Shown: in pieces, positions 1-9,733 of the stretch
How positions within the stretch are numbered: the first letter of the stretch is position 1
How the letters are laid out: each line of letters begins with the position of its first letter
Origin: Candidatus Dadabacteria bacterium
GTDB taxonomy: Bacteria; Desulfobacterota_D; UBA1144; Nemesobacterales; CSP1-2
Direction of reading: 5' to 3'
DNA: 29,840 bases
NCBI GenBank assembly: GCA_040289575.1
Contig: PSLL01000002.1
Span: 26,873 to 56,712, forward strand
Made by a program: the position numbers and the translations under genes
The notes under the pieces: generated by a model
Databases searched by the model: none
What the model was told of the DNA's origin: nothing
The model's input: the letters and a program-made list of their open reading frames with translations, nothing else

Positions 1-2867
1 GAGATTCTTTTGTTCGAAGGCACATTGGTCCAAATGAGGTCGAGACAAAGGAGATGCTCAAAACCATAGGTGCCGACTCCATTGAATCGCTTATTGATGA
101 GACCATTCCATCAGCGATCCGTCTTGAAAAGCCTTTGAATCTTCCCAATGCGGTAAGCGAGTACCGTTTCTTGGAGGACTTAGGTAGGGTAGCGCGGAAA
201 AACCGGGTCTTTAAATCATACATCGGTTTAGGTTATTATGACTGCATCACTCCTGGGGTAATTAGACGAAACGTTTTTGAAAACCCCGGCTGGTATACAC
301 CATACACCCCTTATCAGGCAGAAATCTCTCAGGGGCGTCTTGAGGCACTCCTTAACTTTCAGACTATGGTGTCCGATTTAACCAAAATGGAGGTTGCCAA
401 TGCCTCTCTTCTCGATGAGGGAACTGCAGCGGCAGAGGCTATGACAATGATTGCGCGGCTAAGGGGTAAGAGCGCTAGAGATGCAAATGTTTTCTTTGTC
501 TCAGAGAGGTGTTTTCCGCAGACTATAGACGTTTTAAAAACGAGGGCCGATGCCCTAGAAATTGAACTTATGATTGGCGACCATAGCAGTTTAGAGTTTA
601 ATAACATGATCTTCGGAGCCATCGTTCAATACCCGGATGAATCCGGCGAGATTTTTGACTTCTCGGATTTCATTCAGGATGCACACAAATCGGGGGCGCT
701 CGTAGCGGTGGCTGCTGACATTCTCAGTCTCGTGCTTCTTATGCCTCCGGGGGAGTTCGGCGCCGATGTTGTGTTGGGTTCAACACAGAGATTCGGGGTG
801 CCCCTTGGATACGGCGGGCCACATGCTGCATATTTTGCGACGCGGGATGAATTTAAACGTCAGATACCGGGAAGAATCATCGGGGTCTCAGTTGATTCTC
901 ACGGCAATACCGCATACAGAATGGCGCTTCAGACAAGGGAGCAGCATATAAGGAGAGAAAAAGCGACATCCAATATATGCACCGCGGAGGCGCTTCCTGC
1001 CATTATGGCTGGCATGTATGCTGTTTATCATGGGCCTAAGGGGTTAAGAGCGATTGCGGAGAGAATACATAGTTTAGCCAAGATTCTGGAGTTTGAACTG
1101 AGTAAATTGGGATTTAAACAGACTAATTCTCTTTTCTTTGATACTCTAAAGGTGGATTTAGGAGACCATTTAGCCGATAAAGTTCGATCAATTGCAAATG
1201 ACGCACAGATTAATTTTAGATACATAGACAGTCGGCATATAGGCATTTCAATTGATGAGACGACACAGATAGAGGATATTTGGCAAATATCTCAGATTCT
1301 TGCAAGATCAATAGGACGGGACTACCAAATTCCTAATAATGTACCTGAGAAAATAGAGGTTAAGTATCCCAAGAAATTGACACGCATGAGCGATTTCCTT
1401 ACGCATCCGATTTTTAATAAATACCATTCCGAAACCAAAATGCTCAGGTACATAAAGAGCCTCGAGAATAGGGACCTTTCTTTAAACACCTCAATGATAC
1501 CTCTGGGCTCTTGCACAATGAAACTCAATGCAACCACCGAGATGATTCCGTTGGGCTGGGCTGAGTTCTCAAGGTTACATCCATTCGTGCCCCAGGATCA
1601 GGCACAGGGTTATCTTCAGATATTTAGGGAATTGGAAAGCGCCCTATGTGAAATTACAGGATTTAGCGCCGTCTCTTTGCAGCCCAACTCGGGGGCACAG
1701 GGAGAGTACACTGGGCTTATGGTTATAAGAGCCTATCACAGGGATATAGGTCAAGGTCAAAGAAACGTAGTATTGGTTCCTTCTTCTGCCCATGGTACAA
1801 ATCCTGCGAGCGCGGCAATGGCGGGAATGAGGGTTGTGATTGTAGGATGTGATGATGAAGGCAATATTGATTTAGAGGACCTAAAGACCAAGGCCCTGCA
1901 ATATAGAGACACCCTGTCTGCAATTATGGTTACTTATCCCTCTACACATGGCGTTTTTGAGGAAGGGATTAGAGAGATATGCACTATCGTTCACGACCAG
2001 GGCGGTCAGGTTTATATGGACGGGGCGAATATGAATGCCCAGGTTGGGCTTACAAACCCCGCCATTATAGGAGCGGATGTTTGTCACATAAATCTACATA
2101 AAACCTTCAGCATCCCCCATGGGGGGGGCGGTCCAGGAGTGGGACCCATTTGCGTTGCAGCCCATTTAGCACCCTACCTTCCCGGCCATCCATTGGTTTC
2201 CATAGGGGGTAAAAAATCAATCTCTGCCGTTGCCTCGGCGCCTTGGGGGAGCGCGAGTATCCTGCTGGTCTCTTACGCCTATATTAAGCTGCTTGGGAGC
2301 CGCGGGATGACAGATGCGACTAAATACGCCATTTTGAATGCCAATTACATAAAATCCAGACTAGAGAAACACTATTCGGTTCTCTATAAAGGCAAAAGTG
2401 GAAGGGTAGCACATGAAATGATTCTGGACCTTCGTCAGTTTAAATCCCTGGGGATCGAGGTGGAGGACGTTGCAAAAAGGCTCATGGACTATGGCTTCCA
2501 CCCTCCGACCATATCATGGCCAGTTGCGGGAACGATGATGATAGAGCCGACCGAAAGCGAGTCCAAAGGTGAACTCGATCGCTTCTGCGATGCGATGATA
2601 GCAATTCGCGATGAGATAAAAGAGATCGCCGACGGCATTGCGGATATTAATGACAATGTATTAAAGAACGCCCCTCATATACTAGCCGAAGCCGTCTCAG
2701 ATAATTGGAGCCATCCCTATTCGAGAGCGAAAGCCGTTTATCCGCTTTCTTTTGTTAAGAGTAATAAATTCTGGCCGAGTGTTGGAAGGATAGACAACGC
2801 CTATGGCGACAGACATCTGGTCTGTACATGTCCTCCTATAGAGTCATATATGTCGGAGGTGTCTTAA
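1..2867 (+). CDS. gcvP: Glycine dehydrogenase (glycine cleavage P protein), single-chain; start lies upstream of the window
   Basis: Motifs [41 protein letters not shown] and the PLP lysine in [16 protein letters not shown]. The frame is open from position 3 and reads [10 protein letters not shown] (conserved GcvP N-terminus), so the ATG at 54 is internal. Confidence 0.98.
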   Translation, partial: DSFVRRHIGPNEVETKEMLKTIGADSIESLIDETIPSAIRLEKPLNLPNAVSEYRFLEDLGRVARKNRVFKSYIGLGYYDCITPGVIRRNVFENPGWYTPYTPYQAEISQGRLEALLNFQTMVSDLTKMEVANASLLDEGTAAAEAMTMIARLRGKSARDANVFFVSERCFPQTIDVLKTRADALEIELMIGDHSSLEFNNMIFGAIVQYPDESGEIFDFSDFIQDAHKSGALVAVAADILSLVLLMPPGEFGADVVLGSTQRFGVPLGYGGPHAAYFATRDEFKRQIPGRIIGVSVDSHGNTAYRMALQTREQHIRREKATSNICTAEALPAIMAGMYAVYHGPKGLRAIAERIHSLAKILEFELSKLGFKQTNSLFFDTLKVDLGDHLADKVRSIANDAQINFRYIDSRHIGISIDETTQIEDIWQISQILARSIGRDYQIPNNVPEKIEVKYPKKLTRMSDFLTHPIFNKYHSETKMLRYIKSLENRDLSLNTSMIPLGSCTMKLNATTEMIPLGWAEFSRLHPFVPQDQAQGYLQIFRELESALCEITGFSAVSLQPNSGAQGEYTGLMVIRAYHRDIGQGQRNVVLVPSSAHGTNPASAAMAGMRVVIVGCDDEGNIDLEDLKTKALQYRDTLSAIMVTYPSTHGVFEEGIREICTIVHDQGGQVYMDGANMNAQVGLTNPAIIGADVCHINLHKTFSIPHGGGGPGVGPICVAAHLAPYLPGHPLVSIGGKKSISAVASAPWGSASILLVSYAYIKLLGSRGMTDATKYAILNANYIKSRLEKHYSVLYKGKSGRVAHEMILDLRQFKSLGIEVEDVAKRLMDYGFHPPTISWPVAGTMMIEPTESESKGELDRFCDAMIAIRDEIKEIADGIADINDNVLKNAPHILAEAVSDNWSHPYSRAKAVYPLSFVKSNKFWPSVGRIDNAYGDRHLVCTCPPIESYMSEVS

Positions 2868-2904
2868 CATTAAAAGGGAGATCGGTTGTTTATATACCGT
2901 AAAC

Positions 2905-3855
2905 TTAAGGCTTCTTCTCAATGTATGCCGTTTTCTTTACATCTTCGAACCATGCCTTTATAGCATTTTCAACCTTCTGCTGGTAGAGCGTTTCTCTTAT
3001 TTCATCCTCTTTAGATTTATCAAGGGAAGTTGTTTCCGATTTTCTTTTGTCAATGACCTTTACTATATGATACCCATCGGAAGACCTAATGGGGCCTACA
3101 ATCTCTCCAACAGGAGCCTCTTCTATCGCTTTTTCAACCACCTCTGCCAACTCCCCCTTTTTAAAATAACCCAGGTCTCCGCCCTTCTCGGCCGATGAGG
3201 CGTCTTTAGAATATTTCTTTGCAAGCTCTCCGAAATCCTTTCCCGACTTGGCTAGTTTAGCCACCTCTTGGGCGAGTTTCTGTGCCTGTTCTTCATCGTC
3301 TGGTGATGCGACGGGGATTAAAATGTGGGCGATTCTTACCTCCGATGAGGATTCCAGCTTTCCTCTATTTTCTTCATAATATTTTTTTATCTCGTCCTCT
3401 GTTACGGCGATTTGCCCCTGGACCTGGGCACCGATGAGCTTATTGGCAAGGAGTTGCCTTCTCCATTGTTCTCTAAAGGCCTGAAGAGTGAGATTTTGTT
3501 TCTTTAAGACCTCGGCCAACTGTTCATCCGTTAGATTAAATTTTGCCTTTACGCCATCTATGGCTGCATCCACATCCTTTTCCGTTACCTGAATCCCTAG
3601 CTTCTTTGCTTCCTGCTCAAGCAGTTTTACCTCTATCATATTCTCTAGAACCTGATCCTGTGTTTGAGGCCCGCCCGGACCCGGACTCTGATTGACGCTT
3701 TGGGTTTCTTCTTTTAGCTCAGAGAGCGTTATTACATCGTCATTTACAACGGCAACAACTCTATCTATAACCTCTCCTGAGATTGATGGTTTTGAAAATG
3801 AGAAAACCCCCAGAGAAACTAGAAGGAATAAATTCAATTTAAATATCTTTTTCAT
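2905..3855 (-). CDS. surA: SurA-like periplasmic chaperone / parvulin PPIase
   Basis: Signal peptide, SurA N-terminal motif DRVVAVVNDDVITLSEL, and a single parvulin domain (IAHILI, FGELAKKYS, GGDLGYF, GYHIVKV). Confidence 0.85.
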   Translation of the reverse strand: MKKIFKLNLFLLVSLGVFSFSKPSISGEVIDRVVAVVNDDVITLSELKEETQSVNQSPGPGGPQTQDQVLENMIEVKLLEQEAKKLGIQVTEKDVDAAIDGVKAKFNLTDEQLAEVLKKQNLTLQAFREQWRRQLLANKLIGAQVQGQIAVTEDEIKKYYEENRGKLESSSEVRIAHILIPVASPDDEEQAQKLAQEVAKLAKSGKDFGELAKKYSKDASSAEKGGDLGYFKKGELAEVVEKAIEEAPVGEIVGPIRSSDGYHIVKVIDKRKSETTSLDKSKEDEIRETLYQQKVENAIKAWFEDVKKTAYIEKKP

Positions 3856-4733
3856 CTTGTACTTATCTCCTTTAGGTTATCTTCAAAAATCTCTACTCCC
3901 ATTTTTTCCCTAAGACTTTTAGTATATTCCGAAAATACCTTTTTTTTCAAATCAATTTCGATCCTGCCTTTAACCTGATCAAGCGGCGGAATCCTCACTC
4001 CCTCAGTTACTTTTATTATATGGAATCCGTTTTCTGCCTCTATGGGGTTGCTTATTTCTCCCTCTTTGAGACTGAAGATTTTATTTTCAAATTCGGGAGA
4101 AAGTCCACCCCTTGATATATATCCAATATCTCCTCCGCGCTTTTTTGATACCGAGTCATCGGAGAATTCATCTACTAGGTTTTCAAATTTTTCTCTCGAC
4201 TTAGCCCTTTTCGCGACAATATCGGCTTTGGCCCTTGCCTTATCCTTTGTAATTCCTTTTGCCGGGTCTATTTTAATGAATATATGGCTTATTCTAATCT
4301 CTTCGAGGTTCTTTGAGTTTTGTTTATAATAGTTCTCTATATCCTTTTCACTGATTTTCTGGTTTATGGCCTCTTGACTGATAGTCTGAATTAAAAGCCG
4401 CCTCCTGTACCTCTCCAAGCTCTCTTTAATATCCTCTCTTTTATCAATCCCTTCCCTTTCGGCCTCTTTGTATAAGACCATTTGATTTATGTATGAATCT
4501 AGGTACTCCTTTAATCTTTGAGGGGATGATAGGTAAATCATCCGCTGGTTGGGGGGGAGGATCTCAAGGGATTTAACTAAATCTCCTTTTGTAATCTCTT
4601 CTCCTCCTACTTTTGCTACCACTGCGGAGCCTTTATCAATGGTTCTTGCGCTTCTTTGCCTGTAGAAGTTATCGAAGTCGCTACAGCTAAGGATGAGTGT
4701 TATCAGGGATAGGAGAGTGATAAATATTTTCAT
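3852..4733 (-). CDS. PpiC/PrsA-type peptidyl-prolyl isomerase lipoprotein
   Basis: Lipobox-like LILSC; VAKVGGEEIT; parvulin motifs ISHIFI, GGDIGYI, GFHIIKV. Its stop overlaps the surA start by 4 bp (ATGA). Confidence 0.88.
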   Translation of the reverse strand: MKIFITLLSLITLILSCSDFDNFYRQRSARTIDKGSAVVAKVGGEEITKGDLVKSLEILPPNQRMIYLSSPQRLKEYLDSYINQMVLYKEAEREGIDKREDIKESLERYRRRLLIQTISQEAINQKISEKDIENYYKQNSKNLEEIRISHIFIKIDPAKGITKDKARAKADIVAKRAKSREKFENLVDEFSDDSVSKKRGGDIGYISRGGLSPEFENKIFSLKEGEISNPIEAENGFHIIKVTEGVRIPPLDQVKGRIEIDLKKKVFSEYTKSLREKMGVEIFEDNLKEISTR

Positions 4734-4868
4734 TCTGGTATCTCCTCAGTGTATGGATTTTCAGCGTTTATTTGAGAAACAGATTTATACATGGATATTA
4801 ATGTGAACTATAAAAATTCGATTCCCGATTTCAGGAGAGCAGACACATGTCACTCAAGCAAATCTCTT

Positions 4869-7800
4869 TTATAACCTCATTCTATTTAGTTGCCTAAGCT
4901 GTCTTTTTATCTCACCTATAGCTTCTGCCGGTTTATGGAAAATTCTCAACCTCCCGCTTGGCCTAAAACGATGATAAATGGGCGATTTTTGGAGAAGGAT
5001 TATAACTGTTTCTTCGTCTTTTATCTCTATCCTTTGGGCGAGTACCTCTTTCATTAGGAGTTTTATCTCTACCGCTTCAAAGAGATTCAAGGCAGGCTCC
5101 GGTATATCCCCGAATCTGTCTGTGAGTTCGCCTTTGATTTCATTGAGTTCTTTCTCCGATGAAATGGAAGAGATTTTTTTATAAAAAAGCAGCCTCTCCG
5201 TGCCTTCCCAGATATAGTCGTCGGGAAGAAAGGCGGGGAGATTTAGCCTTATTTCCGGCTCGTATTCTATTTGCGTTTCTTCATTTTTGAGCCTTTTAAT
5301 TGCCTTATCAAGCATATCTAAATAAAGCTCAAGCCCCACGTCTGCGATATGCCCCGACTGCTCTGTGCCGAATAGGTTTCCCGCCCCCCGAATCTCGAGG
5401 TCTGATAGCGCAAGCTTAAATCCGGAGCCAAGGTCGCTCAGCTCAGCAATTGCCTTGAGCCTTCTCTTTGCATTCGGCATAAGCACACTCATGCTCGGAA
5501 TGAGGAAATAGGCGTAAGCCTTCTTCTCAGACCTTCCCACCCTTCCTCGAAGCTGATATAGGTCGGCAAGGCCAAATGTATGTGCGTCGTCTACGATTAT
5601 TGTATTTGCCCTTGGAATATCAAGCCCGGATTCCACAATCGCGGTTGTAACGAGGACATCGGTTTCTCCATGTATGAATTTGGATATGCTCTTTTCTAAT
5701 CTCCTCTCTTCCATCCTTCCGTGGGTGATGTCGATTCTCGCCTCAGGTACGAGTTTTCTTATCTCTTCTGATACACTAAGGATGTCCTCAATTCTATTGT
5801 GAATAAAAAACACCGCCCCGCCGCGTCTGAGCTCCCTTAAGATTGCTTCTCGGATTAAATCTCTATTGAACTGAGAAACATATGTCTCAACCGACTGCCT
5901 TCCTTCGGGAGGGGTGTTTATAAGGCTTATGTCCCGAATTCCGGTAAGAGACAACTGCAGTGTGCGCGGAATCGGGGTTGCACTGAGAGTCAGTACATCA
6001 ACTGCCATTTTTAAATTCCTTAATCTCTCTTTGTGTGCCGCACCAAATCTCTGCTCTTCATCAATTATTGTAAGGCCAAGGTTTTTAAATTTGACTCTAT
6101 TTCCTAGGAGCTTGTGTGTTCCTATTATAATATCTATTGCGCCGTCTTCGAGCTTTTTCAGTATTTCTTTCTCCTCTTTTTGCGTTCTGAATCTCGAGAG
6201 CATATCTATAATTACCGGATACCCTTTTAGTCTCTCCGTAAATGTAATATAGTGCTGGTAGGCAAGAAGTGTCGTGGGGACAAGAACGGCAACCTGTTTT
6301 CCGTCCATTACGGCTTTAAACGCCGCTCTTATTGCGACCTCCGTTTTTCCAAACCCTACGTCACCGCATATAAGCCTGTCCATGACCCTCGGCGATTCCA
6401 TATCGCTCATAACGTCCTCAATTGCCGCTTCCTGATCCGATGTCTCTTCGTATGGAAAGGCAAGCTCAAACTCCCTAAAGAGATTATCCCTTTTTGAAAA
6501 TTGGAACCCCTTTTCGGTTTTTCTTCGGGCGTAAAGCTCAACGAGTTCTTTTGCAATGTTCTCTACCGCCTTTTTTACCCTCCTTACAACCCTCTTCCAG
6601 TTTTGATGACCCAGCCTGTCAATTCTTGGAGGCTTTTCCCCTCCTAGGTATCTCTGAACGAGATTGAATTTATCTATGGGCACATAAACCTTATCCCCGC
6701 CTTCGTATTCACACTCAAGGAAGTCAGCCTCAACCCTTTCAAGCTTGAGTCTTCTGAGGCCTCTAAAGATTCCTATTCCGAAATCCACATGGACGATGTA
6801 GTCGCCGGGCTTTAGTTCGCTAAACGACGTTATAAAGGCCGACGGGATGTCTCTTATTTTGGTTGGAGATTTTCCCCTTTTTCTCTCTCCGAATATCTCT
6901 TTCTCGGTTAATACTACAATCTTCCCCTCGGGGAAAACAAATCCTGATGAAAGGCCGCCAACATGGATCTGGATCTCTTCTACCCCGCGCTCGTAGAGTA
7001 TTTTCTCGATTTTTTTACACTCGACTTGGGTCTTTAGAACTATATGAACGGAGAGTCCGGATGCCCGCCAATCTCGAATATACTCAAAAAGGGGCTCAAA
7101 AGGGGAGTCAAACCCCTCCCTTTTAATTGAAATTTTATCAGTGTTGAACCGGATCCTTTCTATCCCCTCTTCGAGGATCTCTATTGGTTCAATGAGAATC
7201 CTCTGGAATCTTGAAATCTCATTCCTAAGTTGATTCTCTGAAAGATAGAGTTCTGAAACATCGGGGGTAATTTTTATATATTTCTTTAACGAGCTTTTGG
7301 TTTCGGATATAGAGTCAAGATAATTTTCAATTGACTTTGAGACTTCCTCAAAGTCATCAAATACGATTAAAGCGTCGGCGGGTATGTAATCAAATACAGT
7401 GTTTAGATTCGGATAGAATGAGGAAAGGAGCCATTCAATCTCCGGAAATCGAGTCCCCTTTTTGATCTCTTCGATAAGTGAGAGCTTGATAGAGGCAGGT
7501 ATCTCTTGCTCCTCTGCCCTTTTTCTTATATATGATAGGGATTGTTTGATTGACTCCGGAGTAAGTATTAATTCGCTTGCCGGAAGAACCGCAGCGCTGT
7601 CTAATTTCTCTATAGATTTTTGGTCATCTACGCTGAAGTACCTGATTGAGCCAATTTCATCCCCTATGAATTCCAATCTTATGGGGTTTTCAAATCCAGG
7701 GGAGAACAAATCAACTATTGCACCTCTTAAACTCATCTCCCCTATATTCTCAACAAAGTCCACGCGTATATAGCCCATATAAATGAGATTTGAAATGAAG

Positions 7801-8261
7801 CTATCCCTTGGGATTTCACTACCCTTTTGGATCTGTATTATAGAATTATAAAAAACATCTTTTGGAATCCTCTTCTCAATTATGGCTGGTGCCTCGGCTA
7901 AGAGGATTCTTTTCTCCTTTGCAAGGTGCAGCCAGCTTATGCGCTCCGCTATCTCTTTTGAGACAGACGAGAACAAGACTCCATTTAAACTCAGTTTTTT
8001 TCCATGAAGAAGGGGCGGTTTTTCCCCCCAATAAAACGCAATGTCCTCTGACGCCGATTCTCCAATCTCTTTTGAAGAGACAAGATAGAGAATGGGTCTT
8101 TCCAAACTCTTAGCCAATTCGGAGATGATATAAAACCTAGATGAGCCTTCTAATCCGGAGAGCTTTAGAGCCTTTTCTCCGCTCTTTATCTTTTCAATGA
8201 GCCGGATGAAGGTGGTAGAATAATTAAAGAAGATATTTTTTGCAGGTTCGATAACCACCAT
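4869..8261 (-). CDS. mfd: Transcription-repair coupling factor
   Basis: UvrB-like N-terminus (RGAIVDLF), CarD-like VHVDFGIG, Walker A DRLICGDVGFGKTEVA, DEEQRFG, SATPIPRTL, QLRGRVGRS, DLEIRGAGNL; 1130 aa. Confidence 0.98.
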   Translation of the reverse strand: MVVIEPAKNIFFNYSTTFIRLIEKIKSGEKALKLSGLEGSSRFYIISELAKSLERPILYLVSSKEIGESASEDIAFYWGEKPPLLHGKKLSLNGVLFSSVSKEIAERISWLHLAKEKRILLAEAPAIIEKRIPKDVFYNSIIQIQKGSEIPRDSFISNLIYMGYIRVDFVENIGEMSLRGAIVDLFSPGFENPIRLEFIGDEIGSIRYFSVDDQKSIEKLDSAAVLPASELILTPESIKQSLSYIRKRAEEQEIPASIKLSLIEEIKKGTRFPEIEWLLSSFYPNLNTVFDYIPADALIVFDDFEEVSKSIENYLDSISETKSSLKKYIKITPDVSELYLSENQLRNEISRFQRILIEPIEILEEGIERIRFNTDKISIKREGFDSPFEPLFEYIRDWRASGLSVHIVLKTQVECKKIEKILYERGVEEIQIHVGGLSSGFVFPEGKIVVLTEKEIFGERKRGKSPTKIRDIPSAFITSFSELKPGDYIVHVDFGIGIFRGLRRLKLERVEADFLECEYEGGDKVYVPIDKFNLVQRYLGGEKPPRIDRLGHQNWKRVVRRVKKAVENIAKELVELYARRKTEKGFQFSKRDNLFREFELAFPYEETSDQEAAIEDVMSDMESPRVMDRLICGDVGFGKTEVAIRAAFKAVMDGKQVAVLVPTTLLAYQHYITFTERLKGYPVIIDMLSRFRTQKEEKEILKKLEDGAIDIIIGTHKLLGNRVKFKNLGLTIIDEEQRFGAAHKERLRNLKMAVDVLTLSATPIPRTLQLSLTGIRDISLINTPPEGRQSVETYVSQFNRDLIREAILRELRRGGAVFFIHNRIEDILSVSEEIRKLVPEARIDITHGRMEERRLEKSISKFIHGETDVLVTTAIVESGLDIPRANTIIVDDAHTFGLADLYQLRGRVGRSEKKAYAYFLIPSMSVLMPNAKRRLKAIAELSDLGSGFKLALSDLEIRGAGNLFGTEQSGHIADVGLELYLDMLDKAIKRLKNEETQIEYEPEIRLNLPAFLPDDYIWEGTERLLFYKKISSISSEKELNEIKGELTDRFGDIPEPALNLFEAVEIKLLMKEVLAQRIEIKDEETVIILLQKSPIYHRFRPSGRLRIFHKPAEAIGEIKRQLRQLNRMRL

Positions 8262-8272
8262 TTATAGTATAA

Positions 8273-8488
8273 TGGAAAGTTTTTGCCTTACCGATTGATG
8301 TGGTTTTAGATGAATCTACAGTTCAGCCAGACATCATCTTCATCGGCAAAGAAAGGGAAGGAATTATTACGGAGAAGAATGTGCAAGGCGCGCCGGATTT
8401 GATTATAGAAATCCTTTCTCCAAATACGGTTAAGATTGACCGGTTCAAGGAAGATGCAGATTTATCTACCTGAAATCTGGGAGTAGAG
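8273..8488 (+). pseudogene. Uma2/DUF820-family endonuclease remnant
   Basis: Hand translation of 8273-8473 gives [71 protein letters not shown] and [12 protein letters not shown] are typical Uma2 motifs. There is an in-frame TAA at 8270 and the N-terminus is missing, and the C-terminus appears frameshifted. Confidence 0.8.
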
Positions 8489-8510
8489 GCGGGGTGCAAT
8501 GTGCCCGTAC
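8483..8510. repeat. Degenerate GTAG-type REP-like palindrome
   Basis: GTAGAGGCGGGGTGCAATGTGCCCGTAC: 28 bp, same length and similar ends as the perfect copies at 18495 and 22052; abuts the leuB stop. Confidence 0.5.
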
Positions 8511-9589
8511 TAAATTTTTTTAATCTCCTCTATAATCAACCTTCCCATCTCTCTACACCCAACTTTTTTCATTCCTTCCTCATAAATATCGGCTGTTCTA
8601 TAGCCCTTTTCGAGTACATTTCTTATAGCCCGATCAACCTCATCTGCTGCCTTGTCCATGTTAAATGAATACTTGAGCATCATCGCCGAAGAGAGTATGG
8701 AGGCAATTGGGTTTGCAATATCCTTTCCCGCAATGTCTGGGGCGCTTCCATGAACAGGTTCATATATGGCTCCACTGTCTCCGAGGCTTGCAGAGGGAAG
8801 CATACCAAGGGAGCCTGTGAGCTGTGCGGCCTCATCGCTTAGAATGTCTCCAAACATATTATCTGCTAGTATCACATCAAAGCTCTTAGGTCTTCTTATA
8901 AGCTGCATTGAGGCGTTATCTACATAGAGATGTTCAAGCTCGACATCGGGAAACTCCTCTTTTCCAATTCTGGTCACCGTTTTTCTCCAGAGTTCCATAA
9001 CGTCGAGTATGTTTGCTTTATCAACCGATGTCAATCTTTTTCTTCTTTTTCTTGCGATCCCAAAAGCCCTCCTTGCAATCCTTTCAATTTCGGATGTGGT
9101 ATAGACAAGCGTGTTTATCCCTTTTTCCTCCCCGTTTGGGAGTTTTGTGATGCCGCGGGGGGTGCCGAAGTATATTCCCCCCGTAAGTTCTCTTACGACC
9201 ATAATGTCTACGCCTTCTACAATCTCCCTCTTTAGGGTTGATGCGTCTTGAAGGGACGGGTACACAATGGCCGGTCTCAGATTCGCATACGCTTCTAGTT
9301 CCTTTCTAAGTGCAAGAAGCGCCCTTTCAGGTCTTATTTCATATTCGAGATTGTCCCATTTCGGTCCTCCCACTGCTCCAAGAAGAACGGCATCAGATGA
9401 TTTTGCCTTTTTTAGAACCTCATCTGTCACCGGAACCCCATGTGCATCAATTGAGCATCCGCCAAATAAAGCGGTTTCAAATTCAAATTCAATTCTGTAC
9501 TTCTCCCCTATAACCTTGAGAATGTTCACGCTTACCCCCGTTACTTCTATTCCGATACCATCTCCTGGAAGAACGAGAATCTTAGGCAT
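8510..9589 (-). CDS. leuB: 3-isopropylmalate dehydrogenase
   Basis: LPGDGIG, AVGGPKWD, RPERALLALRK, VRELTGGIYFG, VDKAN, NMFGDILSD, GSLGMLPSAS, EPVHGSAPDIAG. ATG at 9589 is preceded by AGGGG and is preferred over TTG at 9619. Confidence 0.97.
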   Translation of the reverse strand: MPKILVLPGDGIGIEVTGVSVNILKVIGEKYRIEFEFETALFGGCSIDAHGVPVTDEVLKKAKSSDAVLLGAVGGPKWDNLEYEIRPERALLALRKELEAYANLRPAIVYPSLQDASTLKREIVEGVDIMVVRELTGGIYFGTPRGITKLPNGEEKGINTLVYTTSEIERIARRAFGIARKRRKRLTSVDKANILDVMELWRKTVTRIGKEEFPDVELEHLYVDNASMQLIRRPKSFDVILADNMFGDILSDEAAQLTGSLGMLPSASLGDSGAIYEPVHGSAPDIAGKDIANPIASILSSAMMLKYSFNMDKAADEVDRAIRNVLEKGYRTADIYEEGMKKVGCREMGRLIIEEIKKI

Positions 9590-9733
9590 CTTAAATATCC
9601 CCTGTTGATTTTTTTTCAATCACTTCGTATTCTACCCATGAACTACCAATTAGGAAAGTGTTTAAATTTTTTGTTTGAGGTATAAAATATACAATGCCAA
9701 TGGGCACACTTGAGTTTTGATTGAATTCGTTGA

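Noticed and set aside
54..56. ATG at 54 as the gcvP start
   Set aside because: The conserved RRHIGP lies upstream in the same frame, so the true start is outside the window.
2119..2131. G-run (GGGGGGGG) as a phase-variation tract
   Set aside because: It encodes the conserved HGGGGPG motif of GcvP and is in frame.
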